NCBI GenBank assembly: GCA_029262675.1
Contig: JAJCYW010000009.1
Coordinates: 47,198-111,197 of the forward strand
Source of the DNA: Chloroflexota bacterium
GTDB taxonomy: Bacteria > Chloroflexota > Dehalococcoidia > DSTF01 > RBG-16-68-14
DNA: 64,000 nucleotides
Reading direction: 5' to 3'
Below, one piece after another: positions 9,219-18,738 of the stretch. How positions within the stretch are numbered: position 1 is the stretch's first letter; each line of letters opens with the position of its first letter. The translations under genes and the position numbers were made by a program. The notes under the pieces were generated by a model. The model did not search any database and was not told the origin of the DNA. It was given only the letters and a program-made list of their open reading frames with translations.

Positions 9219-10538
9219 CTACGAAGAGCGTGGCCATCGTTTGCCGACTCGCCCTGCTGGCGCTCGCGAGTGGGAAGTGTGCTGAGCCCTCGGGTTTCGT
9301 TGCGGTGGGCGCCGGCCCAAGGCCGGGCGCGTTCGCCGGACGCCGTTCGCATGGGGTTGCGCGGCGATGGGCTCACCGTCCAGTGTCATACGGGGCAACG
9401 TGCGGCCCAGACCACGCTCGATCTTGTGCCACTTCGGCAGGTCGGCCGGGCCTAGCAGCGTGATGGCACGGCCCGAGCGGCCCATGCGGCCGGTGCGCCC
9501 CACGCGATGCGTGAACAGATTGTGCGTCTCCGGCAGGTCATAGTTGATGACACGTTCGATGTGGAGCACGTCTAGTCCGCGCGCGGCGACGTTCGTCGCC
9601 AGCAGGACCGGCATCTTGCCGGCGTCAAACTCGCGCAGCACGCGGTCGCGTTGTGGCTGGCTTAGGTTGCCGTGTAGCACGCCCAGGCTATAGCCCGATT
9701 GCTCCAGCTGCAAGCCCAATCGGCGCACGCCGTGCTTCGTTCGGCCGAAGACAAGCGTCCCGCCCGAAGTCGGCTCGTCCAGAAGACGGCGCAGCGCCTT
9801 GACCTTGTCATCGCTCCGGAGCTCATAGATGACGTGGTCAATGTCGGGCAGCGTGTCTTGTTCCGCGCCCAACTCAATCACGACAGGCTCGCGCAGATAC
9901 TTTGCTGAGACCTCGTGGACCCAGGCTGGCGTTGTTGCTGAGAAGAGCGCCGTCTGGCGTTCTCGCGGCGTGGCGGCAAGGATGCGCTCGACGTCCCGTG
10001 CGAACCCGCGGTCGAGCATCTCATCCGCTTCGTCGAGCACCAAGTAGCGCACCTGGTTCAGTCGCAACGAGCCTCGGTTTAGCAGGTCGACGAGCCGTCC
10101 CGGCGTGCCGACTATGATCTGCACGCCCCTCCGGATCGCCTTTTCCTGGGGACCGATCGATCGCCCGCCGTAGACGATGGCTGAGCGTTTGCCCGTCCCT
10201 GCGATGAGCTGTGAGAGCACCGCGCCGACCTGTTGCGCAAGTTCACGCGTGGGCACCACGACAAGTGCGCTCGGCAATCGCTCGCCGGGCTTCGTACTCT
10301 GCGCGAGTGGTAGGCCGAAGGCAAGAGTCTTGCCTGAGCCTGTGGCTGCCTGGCCAATCAAGTCGCGGCGCTCAAGCAGTGGAGGGATCGCCGCCATTTG
10401 GATGGGGGTCGGCGTGTCTATTTGCATTGCGCTGAGCGCCTTCAGAAGCGAGGCGCTCAGTTGGAATTCGCGAAATGTTGTCAACGTGTGCCTTTCATGT
10501 GAGATTCCGATGGGATTGCGGGTAGCGAAACGCCCCAC
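9219..10538 (-). CDS. DEAD-box ATP-dependent RNA helicase
   Basis: Q-motif (F..TPIQ), Walker A AATGSGKT, DEAD, SAT, HRVGRTGR motifs. Basic Arg/Pro-rich C-terminal tail. Confidence 0.9.
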   Translation of the reverse strand: MGRFATRNPIGISHERHTLTTFREFQLSASLLKALSAMQIDTPTPIQMAAIPPLLERRDLIGQAATGSGKTLAFGLPLAQSTKPGERLPSALVVVPTRELAQQVGAVLSQLIAGTGKRSAIVYGGRSIGPQEKAIRRGVQIIVGTPGRLVDLLNRGSLRLNQVRYLVLDEADEMLDRGFARDVERILAATPRERQTALFSATTPAWVHEVSAKYLREPVVIELGAEQDTLPDIDHVIYELRSDDKVKALRRLLDEPTSGGTLVFGRTKHGVRRLGLQLEQSGYSLGVLHGNLSQPQRDRVLREFDAGKMPVLLATNVAARGLDVLHIERVINYDLPETHNLFTHRVGRTGRMGRSGRAITLLGPADLPKWHKIERGLGRTLPRMTLDGEPIAAQPHANGVRRTRPALGRRPPQRNPRAQHTSHSRAPAGRVGKRWPRSS

Positions 10539-10541
10539 GGT

Positions 10542-10931
10542 CTATGCCTTGGGGTGGGCTACCCATTTTCGTCCGACCCCCTCCATCCTGAGTCGCTGAT
10601 AGATCATGGTGCGGATACCATCAGAGCTCGTGAGGAGCTCTCCATCATGGTTATACAGGCGATACCGGATGTTCTCGTCAGCGTCTTCCGGAACAGATAG
10701 CAGCAACTCGCCGCCGGTGGAGTGAACGTCAACCCCTTCGGGGTAGTGCTCGAGACCTTCGCGGTCTGAGACAAGGTAGCCTCCAGAGTCGTACAAATGG
10801 AACGCCACCAAGTGGAGGCCATCAGCATCGCACGCAAGTTGCAAGATGTTTTCTGCTGAGCTGGCGTCCATGAACGTTGTGGATGTACCTGGTTGCCGAT
10901 CACCGAACCTCATTGCGCCCTCCATTTGCAC
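10542..10931 (-). CDS. hypothetical protein
   Basis: ORF sits immediately upstream of the helicase on the same strand. No recognisable motifs. Confidence 0.3.
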   Translation of the reverse strand: MQMEGAMRFGDRQPGTSTTFMDASSAENILQLACDADGLHLVAFHLYDSGGYLVSDREGLEHYPEGVDVHSTGGELLLSVPEDADENIRYRLYNHDGELLTSSDGIRTMIYQRLRMEGVGRKWVAHPKA

Positions 10932-11166
10932 TGAAACTAACAGACGTTAGCAGGAGTGCCGTCTCGACAGCGGTGTACGCTAGGTCCGAGAGGCGAGGGG
11001 TGTCGCTGGGCGCATCCAGCGCTTCCAGCGTCAAGAACTTGCGACACGACCAGTGTCGATCCGGGTCGATGCCTCGCTGTGCCGCGCGAGTAGCCGCGCG
11101 ACCTCGGGTTGGAGTGAGGGCAGCAACGGTACGTTGGACGCGTTGCTGCCCCTCACTCGGGTTCTC

Positions 11167-11382
11167 TCAGCTACTGAGCCGTACGTGGGCCGCGCGGCTT
11201 CTGTTCGGCTGCTTGGGGTCGGGCTCGGCGTCGAACTCGACCGTCTGGCCTTCGTTCAACTCATCGAACGTGGGCTCGTCGACCGAACTGCTGTGGAAGA
11301 AGACCTCTTCCGTACTGTCCGAGGGCTTGATGAAGCCGAACCCCCGGTCACGAACGATCCTGGATATGTTTCCTGTCGACAT
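11167..11382 (-). CDS. cold-shock protein (CspA family)
   Basis: MSTGNISRIVRDRGFGFIKP...EVFFH...GQTVEFD carries the RNP1/RNP2 cold-shock-domain motifs. AAGGAGGA RBS. Long upstream non-coding region (11383-12001), typical of csp 5'UTRs. Confidence 0.85.
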   Translation of the reverse strand: MSTGNISRIVRDRGFGFIKPSDSTEEVFFHSSSVDEPTFDELNEGQTVEFDAEPDPKQPNRSRAAHVRLSS

Positions 11383-12001
11383 GTGTGTTCCTCCTTGGAA
11401 CCTACTGGACGCCGGTCGGCGTCCTAAGAACGCTAATTATGGGCGCCACTCTTGACGCGCGGCGCGGTGGCGTTAGTTTGTTCGCGCCTCCGCCTTGGCG
11501 ACGTGCTTGTGCGTTGCCCGCGCGCGGACAATGCCGCGTGCGTGGGTCGTTGATGTGACGTCGCGGCGATGTTTGGCGTCACGCCAGACGCGGGAGCGCT
11601 GGACGGCCAAGCCGAAGCGGTCGAGGGGCCACGCGGCTCTCTCGTTATCGCGACGTTCGAGGTTCCGAGCGACGGCCCTCGGGGCGATGTTTCATGCGGT
11701 TGAGCGCCCGGGTGACGGTGGACTAGGTTTTTCTGAATATGAACCTTCTGAATCGCGTCCTGGCCGCCGAGTGCAGAAGGAAGGTGGGATTCTTCGCCTG
11801 CGGGTCGAAGACGAGGTGGCCTGTTGTACATACTGTAGCATGCGCAGGCTGGATAGGCCAGCGTGCGTCGGCAGTACGGGAATCCCGGCGAACTGCGCTC
11901 GCGCCTCACGTGGGCCACAAATACTTCCCAGAGGACCTGGTGAATGAGCGCCCTGGAATCGAATGACTGAGCGCGGGGTTCGCCGATGACGGGGCGACAA
12001 G

Positions 12002-12631
12002 GTGGCACCGTATGACTCCCCAGAGGGCGTAATTGGCCTGCTTGTGACCAGCGGGGCCGGCGGTGCGACCTACCTGAGCCGGCAGTACTCCTCCTACTTC
12101 ATGGAACAAATCGGGCTTGGGCTCGTAATCGGCCTGGGACTGTGGGTCGGCGTGAATGTTGCCTTGATCGTGACTCTTCGGAACGACGAGAGGCCATGGC
12201 GAAAGGAGCTGGGCGAAATCTGGGGTGAGGCGTTCTTCTACGCTGCGCTGCTCCAGGCGATTGTGTTCGTGGGCCTGATCTTCATGGCGATGTCTGTGAT
12301 GACTGGGTCCGCCTCTCTGCCCGACTCCTCCACACTGACACTTGATATGTTTGTCGGTGCCGGCTATCTTTCGTGCTTCGTATTCGGGGCCACAGCTCTG
12401 TACTGCGCGACGATGTCGGACACTTCGGCGCCGCGGTTGCTGGGCGGCATCCTCTCGCTCATCACGATCGGGTTGGCGCTATACATGCTCCTACTACACC
12501 GCGGAGCCTTGGAGACGTTCCAGGGTAACCATCAGTTCGCGTTCGTGTGGCTGGGAATCGCTTACCTGGGTGTCTTCTCGGCTGTCATCATGCACGCCTA
12601 TCGACTCTCCCTTGGCGGCATGAAGCTCTAA
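12002..12631 (+). CDS. hypothetical integral membrane protein (~6 TM)
   Basis: Multiple hydrophobic helices. Divergent from csp. Start uncertain (internal Met at MEQIGLGL). Confidence 0.35.
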   Translation: MAPYDSPEGVIGLLVTSGAGGATYLSRQYSSYFMEQIGLGLVIGLGLWVGVNVALIVTLRNDERPWRKELGEIWGEAFFYAALLQAIVFVGLIFMAMSVMTGSASLPDSSTLTLDMFVGAGYLSCFVFGATALYCATMSDTSAPRLLGGILSLITIGLALYMLLLHRGALETFQGNHQFAFVWLGIAYLGVFSAVIMHAYRLSLGGMKL

Positions 12632-12686
12632 CCGGGGCGGACCACCGCACGCGCCGAGGAGGAGTGCCGGCCTTGCCGCGGTCGCG

Positions 12687-13805
12687 CTACCAACGGGCCT
12701 GGTGTTCCTCGATGAAGCCCACCACGTCGCGCAGAGTCACCTCTTGCCCGTCATCCGTGGTGAACGTCCCACTGTAGTGGCCAAAGACCTGATGGACCTC
12801 GCTCTTGACGAGCAGCAGGTTGGTGCGCGCCACGCGCTCCTTAAACGGCGCGAACTCGAGACGGAGGCGACCATCGGAGGACGTCATGCGCCAGGGCCGC
12901 ATGAGATCGCCGCGGTCGTACTGGATGGCGATCTCATCGAGCTTGTGCACGTGTCCGTCCACGATGACGGCGTTGTCCGGGGCGCCGGCATCGCCGAAAC
13001 CGGCGCCCATGTTAAGACCGACAGTCTGTCCGTTCTCCAGGAACGCAGAGGCGCTGGCCCAGATCCAGGAGGTTTGGTAGGCCCAGACGCCGCGTCCCCA
13101 GTCCAACGTGCCCAGGGATTGGGTCGGCCGGAGTTCGATTCGCCTGTCTCCGTGTTCGATCCGTCCTTCGCTGGGGAGGCAGTTGACTTTCCGTGTGTAG
13201 AAGAAGCGCCGCCCTCCCGTCGGCGTCATGGTCACGACGGATTCATGTGAGGGCGGACAGTGGAGCGTCAGGTCGGCGGCGATCCCCGTACCGGAGCCGA
13301 AACTTGGCCAGCGCACCTGGACTCGGCGCGCCTCCGCCTCGGGCTCAAAGGCCACGCGGACGCGGCCGTTGTCGAACCAACTCTCCCCTGTGCCGCTGTT
13401 GCGAGCGAGGTGGATTCCCCGCCCCAACGGCGCCAGCAACGTTTCCTCAGTTAGCTCGTTCGTGGCGAAGTCCAGGATGTAGACGAAGATGGTGCCGACA
13501 TATCCCAGGTGAGCCAAGGTGACGGAAAAGAAGCACTCCGGTGCCGCGACCGCGTAGTAGTCCCAACGCTTGAGACGCAGGGCCTGAAGAGGGCGCAGCG
13601 GCACGGACCGGGCGAATTCGAGATTGCAGTCGAGATACGGCTGGCGGGCCCACCCAGCGTGCGCCAACTCGCCCCGTTCATCGAGGAGGATGCCGGGAGC
13701 CGTGACCTCGTTCAGCTCGTTTCTCCCTCCTGATTGCACAGCGTAGCGTCGGGCGCTGTGAGTCGCAATGGTGCTGGCGCGCTCGGAGGTGTAGGCCGTC
13801 AGCAT
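12687..13805 (-). CDS. DUF2804-family protein
   Basis: Motifs ...LLDERGELAHAGWAR...L.RWDYY...TLAHLGYVG..FVYILD match my recollection of DUF2804 (KEWDYY region). About 370 aa. Confidence 0.45.
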   Translation of the reverse strand: MLTAYTSERASTIATHSARRYAVQSGGRNELNEVTAPGILLDERGELAHAGWARQPYLDCNLEFARSVPLRPLQALRLKRWDYYAVAAPECFFSVTLAHLGYVGTIFVYILDFATNELTEETLLAPLGRGIHLARNSGTGESWFDNGRVRVAFEPEAEARRVQVRWPSFGSGTGIAADLTLHCPPSHESVVTMTPTGGRRFFYTRKVNCLPSEGRIEHGDRRIELRPTQSLGTLDWGRGVWAYQTSWIWASASAFLENGQTVGLNMGAGFGDAGAPDNAVIVDGHVHKLDEIAIQYDRGDLMRPWRMTSSDGRLRLEFAPFKERVARTNLLLVKSEVHQVFGHYSGTFTTDDGQEVTLRDVVGFIEEHQARW

Positions 13806-13967
13806 GCTCGATCCCGTCCTGGCCAGTCAAAGAAGCGTGAGTTGGCCGTTGACCAGTCGACCGGGCGAGGCGGCGTGGTGGCACCACGCTGGCCGATCGA
13901 TGACGTTGCGACTATGAACCTGATCGAGGGCCCAGCCGTGTCACAGACGCGCCCTACTGGACAATCG

Positions 13968-14586
13968 CGATCAGGCCGGCAATGTACTGGAGGATTAGGG
14001 CTGCGTCGATGGCGTCGACGCTGCTGTTCTGGTTCACGTCTGCAGCGTTCTGACAGGGCAACGAATCGATCAGCCCCGCGCCGAACTGCAGGAGCAGCGC
14101 TGCGTCGATGGCGTTGATCGCGCCGCTACAGTCAACGTCTCCGACCGAGCTGCCGGGCGGTGGTGCTTGGGTCGCTGTCGGTGGCGGCCGGTTGCTCGTC
14201 GTGCGTCACCGAGGATGACGCCGCCTCAAGCGAACCTCCCGGATCGAAGAGCGAGATATCGACGTTTCCCTCCTCGGCGCTGAATCGGGCGTCGACCTGG
14301 AGTTGCTCGTCCGCTGCTAGCCAGAGGGAGAACCAGTCATCGTCGCCAGGACAGGCCCACATGAAAAGCCCCGTGAACGGCACCCTATGGGCAACGCTGT
14401 CGTCCGCGAATCGTACCCCTCCAAGGAGTCGTCGACACAGGCTGCGGGGCCGGCGGGCTCTTGTCCTAGGGAAGGCATTGCGCCTCCAAGACCGAGGATC
14501 GAGCTAGAGGCAAGCCAGAGCGCGGCCACCGTGGCGATGCCGCCTCCAGCTAGCGACAGTGTCAGACGCCGAGTGATGGATCCCAA
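13968..14586 (-). pseudogene. frameshifted gene for a secreted protein: signal peptide, then a pre-peptidase-C-terminal (PPC)-like domain, then a dockerin-like Ca-binding module; the coding path needs two frame changes
   Basis: Three consecutive overlapping minus-strand reading frames. First: MGSITRRLTLSLAGGGIATVAALWLASS (signal). Second: ...DDDWFSLWLAADEQLQVDARFSAEEGNVDISLFDPGGSLEAAS (PPC-like). Third, with no start codon: ...GDVDCSGAINAIDAALLLQFGAGLIDSLPCQNAADVNQNSSVDAIDAALILQYIAGL, ending at the TAG near 13968. The third segment is homologous to the dockerin module inside 22325..26095. Confidence 0.45.
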
Positions 14587-14662
14587 ACCCTTCCGTGCCG
14601 GTCAGGTCAAGGTCACAATGAGCCGCGGCTCATCTCTGGCGTTTTGGGTCAGGTGAGAATAC

Positions 14663-16366
14663 TTGGCTATATTGATTGGTGGCTGCGGAGGCTCCAACGC
14701 CTCGGCCAAACGACCTTCAGAGCATAGATTCACTGCTTGCTTACCGAGGAGATCCAAATTGGCCGAGTACCTCTGGTGGAAACACGGCGTTATCTACCAG
14801 ATCTACCCCCGCAGTTTTCAGGACTCAAACGGTGACGGTATTGGCGATCTGAAGGGCGTGATCGATCGCCTTGATTACCTCAACGACGGTACGGAGCAGT
14901 CGCTCGGTATCGATGCGATCTGGTTCTCGCCAACGTATCCATCGCCGATGGCGGACTTTGGATACGACGTGTCCGACTACGAGGACGTGCATTCGGACTT
15001 CGGCGATCTGGCGACGATGGACCGATTGATCGAAGAAGCGCATAAGCGCAATATTCGGGTCATCCTTGACTTCGTCCCGAACCACACGTCGTCACTGCAC
15101 CCATGGTTTCTCGAATCGCGAACGTCAAGAGACTCGCCGAAACGCGACTGGTACGTATGGCGGGACGCGAAACCGGAAGGAAGCCCGCCCAACAACTGGA
15201 TCGCGGCGTTTGGCGGGCCGGCATGGGAATGGGACCAGAACACGCATCAATACTATCTGCATTCATTCCTCGTGGAGCAGCCCGATTTGAACTGGCGCAA
15301 CCCAGAAGTCGTCGCGCGGATGCACAACGTGCTTCGATTCTGGATGCGGCGCGGCGTCGACGGCTTTCGTATCGATGTGATGGACCGAGTCGTCAAAGAC
15401 CCGGAGCTGCGCGACAATCCACCACAGACCAATCCCCGGTACCGAGAAATGGCCCAGACCGCGCTCCAGATCCACCAGTACGATGTTAACTGGCCGGACA
15501 TCATCGACATCGTGCGCGGCATACGCAGCGTCGTGGATGAGTTCCCGGAGCGCATGACCGTTGGAGAAGTCTTCGGGCGGCCGAAACAAATCGTCGAGTA
15601 CTACGGTACGGACGGCCACGACGGACTCCACTTGGCGTTCAACTTTCCCTTCGTTCGCATTCGGGACAAACGTTGGACAGCGGAGCATGTGCGGAACGTT
15701 GTCGATGCCTTTGAGCAGGCGCTGACCCCAGGCGCCTGGCCGAACCACGTCTTTGGCAACCACGATGTAGACCGCTTGGTCAGCCGTGTGAATAACGACG
15801 GGCGGGGACAGGAGCGGGCGCGCCTTGCGGCGCTGTTGCTACTCACCGTGCGCGGCACGCCCTTCATCTACTATGGAGAAGAACTCGGCATGGAGAACGC
15901 GGTTATCCCGGAGGAGAAGCTCCAAGACCCGGCACGCATCTTCGCGCCCGGGCGCGATCCGGAGCGGACGCCGATGCCGTGGACCCGGAAGGGCGGTTTT
16001 ACAACGGGCGAGCCGTGGCTGCCGTACGGCGACCTGACGCAAAACGTCGCCGACCAAGCCGGCGATCCGCGTTCGCTGCTCACGCTCTATCGCCGCCTGC
16101 TCTGGTTCCGGCGTGCGTCTGATGCGCTGCGGGTTGGCGACTATACACCGGTCGACGTCGCGGCAGATGGTATCTTCGCCTACACGCGGACGACCGGAGA
16201 CGACCGTCTTCTTATGGTGCTCAACTTTACGACCGACATCGTTGACGTGGTTCTGCCGGAGGACTTGCGCGTGACAGCAACGGTCATCGGGACGCACGGC
16301 GAGCCGGCGGCAACGCAGAAGATGACGCTGGCTGGAAACGAAGGGCGCGTACTGCGCTTGGCGTAG
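14663..16366 (+). CDS. GH13 alpha-glucosidase / oligo-1,6-glucosidase-family (TreS-like) glycoside hydrolase
   Basis: WWKHGVIYQIYPRSFQDSNGDGIGDLKGVIDRLDYL...GIDAIWFSP...ILDFVPNHTS...DWYVWRD are GH13 conserved regions I-II. TTG start at 14663. Confidence 0.8.
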   Translation: MAILIGGCGGSNASAKRPSEHRFTACLPRRSKLAEYLWWKHGVIYQIYPRSFQDSNGDGIGDLKGVIDRLDYLNDGTEQSLGIDAIWFSPTYPSPMADFGYDVSDYEDVHSDFGDLATMDRLIEEAHKRNIRVILDFVPNHTSSLHPWFLESRTSRDSPKRDWYVWRDAKPEGSPPNNWIAAFGGPAWEWDQNTHQYYLHSFLVEQPDLNWRNPEVVARMHNVLRFWMRRGVDGFRIDVMDRVVKDPELRDNPPQTNPRYREMAQTALQIHQYDVNWPDIIDIVRGIRSVVDEFPERMTVGEVFGRPKQIVEYYGTDGHDGLHLAFNFPFVRIRDKRWTAEHVRNVVDAFEQALTPGAWPNHVFGNHDVDRLVSRVNNDGRGQERARLAALLLLTVRGTPFIYYGEELGMENAVIPEEKLQDPARIFAPGRDPERTPMPWTRKGGFTTGEPWLPYGDLTQNVADQAGDPRSLLTLYRRLLWFRRASDALRVGDYTPVDVAADGIFAYTRTTGDDRLLMVLNFTTDIVDVVLPEDLRVTATVIGTHGEPAATQKMTLAGNEGRVLRLA

Positions 16367-16520
16367 CTGCCACAAAGCCGTCGGGCGAGAGCCAGGCTTG
16401 CGCAGACCGCGCCGAGACGTCGCGCCGAATCTGGCGCGTCTCGTTCGGAAGGGAAATCGGTGGTTGGCTGCGAGGTCGCTGGTAACGCGGGGTCGTGGGA
16501 GGTCAAAACTCATCCATATC

Positions 16521-16582
16521 TGTGGGCTGCATTCGCAACTCCTTCGGCTGCGCTAAGGACAGGCTCTCTGCCTGGGAAGCAT
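16521..16582 (+). repeat. intergenic repeat family, copy B (degenerate at the tRNA-like end)
   Basis: GCAACTCCTTCGGCTGCGCTAAGGACAGGCTCTCTGCCTGGGAAGCA aligns with copies A and C. Lies between the GH13 stop and the glgA start. Confidence 0.45.
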
Positions 16583-16742
16583 CGGTTCGCGGTGCGCAAA
16601 GGTGGGGGAGAGTGCGGCTTGAGGCCGCTTGCGGGCGTGAAGTTCATGTGAACGTCCGGCTCCTCATGGTATGGTTCAGGCCTAGATCGTCGGGGCCGAC
16701 TGCCGCGGTCCAGCGTCTGGTCGGCCTAGCAGCGAATGAACG

Positions 16743-18200
16743 ATGACGTTGAGACCGCTTCGGATTCTATTCGCGGCTGCGGAAGCCTATCCCTTTGCCA
16801 AGGTTGGCGGCCTTGCCGATGTTGCTGCCTCCTTGCCGAAAGCGCTCACGGGACTAGGTCACGATGTCGTGACGGTCGTGCCCGGGTATCCGTCCGTCCC
16901 GAGAGCGCGGCTGGAGTTCAAATTGGAGATACCGATCGCCGAACGAGTCGAGGTCGCTACGGTCTATAGCTATGCGATTTGTGGCGGGCAGATGTTCACA
17001 GTCTCGAACGATGCCTACTTCGGGCGCGATCGGATCTATGGCTATGAAGACGATGACGAGCGCTTCATCTTCTTCTCGAAAGCAGTTGTCGGAATCGCGG
17101 CACGGACGGGCTTCGAGCCAGATATTCTGCATGGGCATGACTGGCACCTCGGGCTCGCGCCTCAGTACGCCCGCCAAGGACCACACCGCGATGCTCTCGC
17201 GGGAATGGGCATCGTCTTTACGATGCATAACGTTGCTTATCAAGGGCCGTATTCGGAGACCGCGGAGGACCTCATCGGGCTGCAGCAGGCATTCGACGGC
17301 AACCTTCCCTCGCGCGGTATCTCGTTCGCCGACAAGATCACGACCGTAAGTCCCTGTTACGCGAAGGAGATTCTTACGTCGGAACACGGACATGGTTTGG
17401 AAGAACGCCTGCGATCGCGAACCGCAGATCTCCATGGCATCCTTAACGGTATCGATAGCGATGAATTCAACCCCGAGACAGACGGCAATATCAGCGTGCC
17501 CTATAGCGCGCTGGACGTTTCTCAGAAGGCGCCGAACAAGCGCGCGCTCCAGGAGAGGGCTGGACTGACACTGGATTCGAGATCGCCGTTGCTTGCCATG
17601 GTCGCCCGGCTTGTCGATCAGAAAGGGTACGCGATCTTGCTCCGAGCGCTGGACAGAATCGTCGACCTCGGCGCCCAGGTCGTGGTTAACGGCATCGGCG
17701 AAGAGCGGTATGCTCAAGCGCTGGCTGAGGCGGTGGAGCGTCATCCCGGGCACGTCGCCCACCTAGCCACGGATGACGAGACTACGGCACGGCAGGTGTA
17801 CGCGGGCGCAGACCTGCTGCTGGCGCCATCGAACTTCGAGCCGTGCGGTCTCACACCGCTCATCGCCCTACGCTACGGTACGATACCTATTGTGAGACGG
17901 ACGGGTGGACTGGCAGATACAATTGTCGACTACCTGGAGGATCCTGCCGCGGGGATCGGATTCACGTTCATGAGGAAGTACGCAGGCCAGCTTGTGCGGG
18001 CGATAAACAATGGTATTGTCCTGTACAGGAACGTAGACGAGTGGCGGCGTCTGCAGAGGAGAGCCATGTCCGCGGATTTCTCTTGGAAGACATCGGCGTT
18101 GGAGTATGGGCGCCTGTACCGCAGTGCCATCACGGCGGCCTCAGGTGCGGGCCGCGACCGAATTCCGGAAGGCGATCTCCAACCGAGCCGGGGCGGCTAA
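16743..18200 (+). CDS. glgA: glycogen/starch synthase-family GT5 glycosyltransferase
   Basis: N-terminal KVGGLADV motif and C-terminal E..PCGLTPL..LRYGT motif, both characteristic of GT5. 485 aa. Confidence 0.85.
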   Translation: MTLRPLRILFAAAEAYPFAKVGGLADVAASLPKALTGLGHDVVTVVPGYPSVPRARLEFKLEIPIAERVEVATVYSYAICGGQMFTVSNDAYFGRDRIYGYEDDDERFIFFSKAVVGIAARTGFEPDILHGHDWHLGLAPQYARQGPHRDALAGMGIVFTMHNVAYQGPYSETAEDLIGLQQAFDGNLPSRGISFADKITTVSPCYAKEILTSEHGHGLEERLRSRTADLHGILNGIDSDEFNPETDGNISVPYSALDVSQKAPNKRALQERAGLTLDSRSPLLAMVARLVDQKGYAILLRALDRIVDLGAQVVVNGIGEERYAQALAEAVERHPGHVAHLATDDETTARQVYAGADLLLAPSNFEPCGLTPLIALRYGTIPIVRRTGGLADTIVDYLEDPAAGIGFTFMRKYAGQLVRAINNGIVLYRNVDEWRRLQRRAMSADFSWKTSALEYGRLYRSAITAASGAGRDRIPEGDLQPSRGG

Positions 18201-18738
18201 GGAGGATTACCGCAGATCGGACAACGCGCTGCGAAGCGGGTGCGGCGAGAGCCAGCGCGCTTCGATACGACGCCTCGTCTCCCACGGGACTCCCCCAATG
18301 TCACGACGATCTACATGTGCGTAACATTCCTTGCGCACTAGGCGATAGTACCTACGGAGATTGTCATCGCCCGCGTAACCGATATGGTAACGTTCACCCA
18401 TGCCTGGCATGTAGCCTGCCGGGCAGCCGTTTTGGGATGCTTTAACCACGGTTTAAGGACGCCTTAACCTTCTATCCGCTAGCATGACTGACAGTTGGAG
18501 CATTTCTCGCATCGACCCGCGGTAGGGTTCCCGCAGGCGCCAGGCAGCTCCCGGAGGAATACGGTAGGCGAGCACGTCAGGCGTTCCCCCTTTCAGCGAA
18601 CTTCCACATATTTCGGGTGGCCGTCGGGCAGGCCAAAAGAGGAGACAGGCAATCGGATTTAGGTGGGCTGTAGCGATCCTCATTCTTGCCGGCGTCGGTA
18701 TCGCGGGCGCCTCATTCGCGTTCTTCACGCTCCTCCAG

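Noticed and set aside
8941-9220. Possible tmRNA or tRNA-Sec at repeat copy A (minus strand ends with T-arm/acceptor/CCA)
   Set aside because: Only ~230 nt are available before the helicase gene. No tag-peptide ORF or pseudoknots are evident. A trial 8-bp acceptor (GGAAGCGGG versus CCCGCTCC) is one base short. No UCA anticodon loop could be placed. The sequence is kept only as a tRNA-like repeat.
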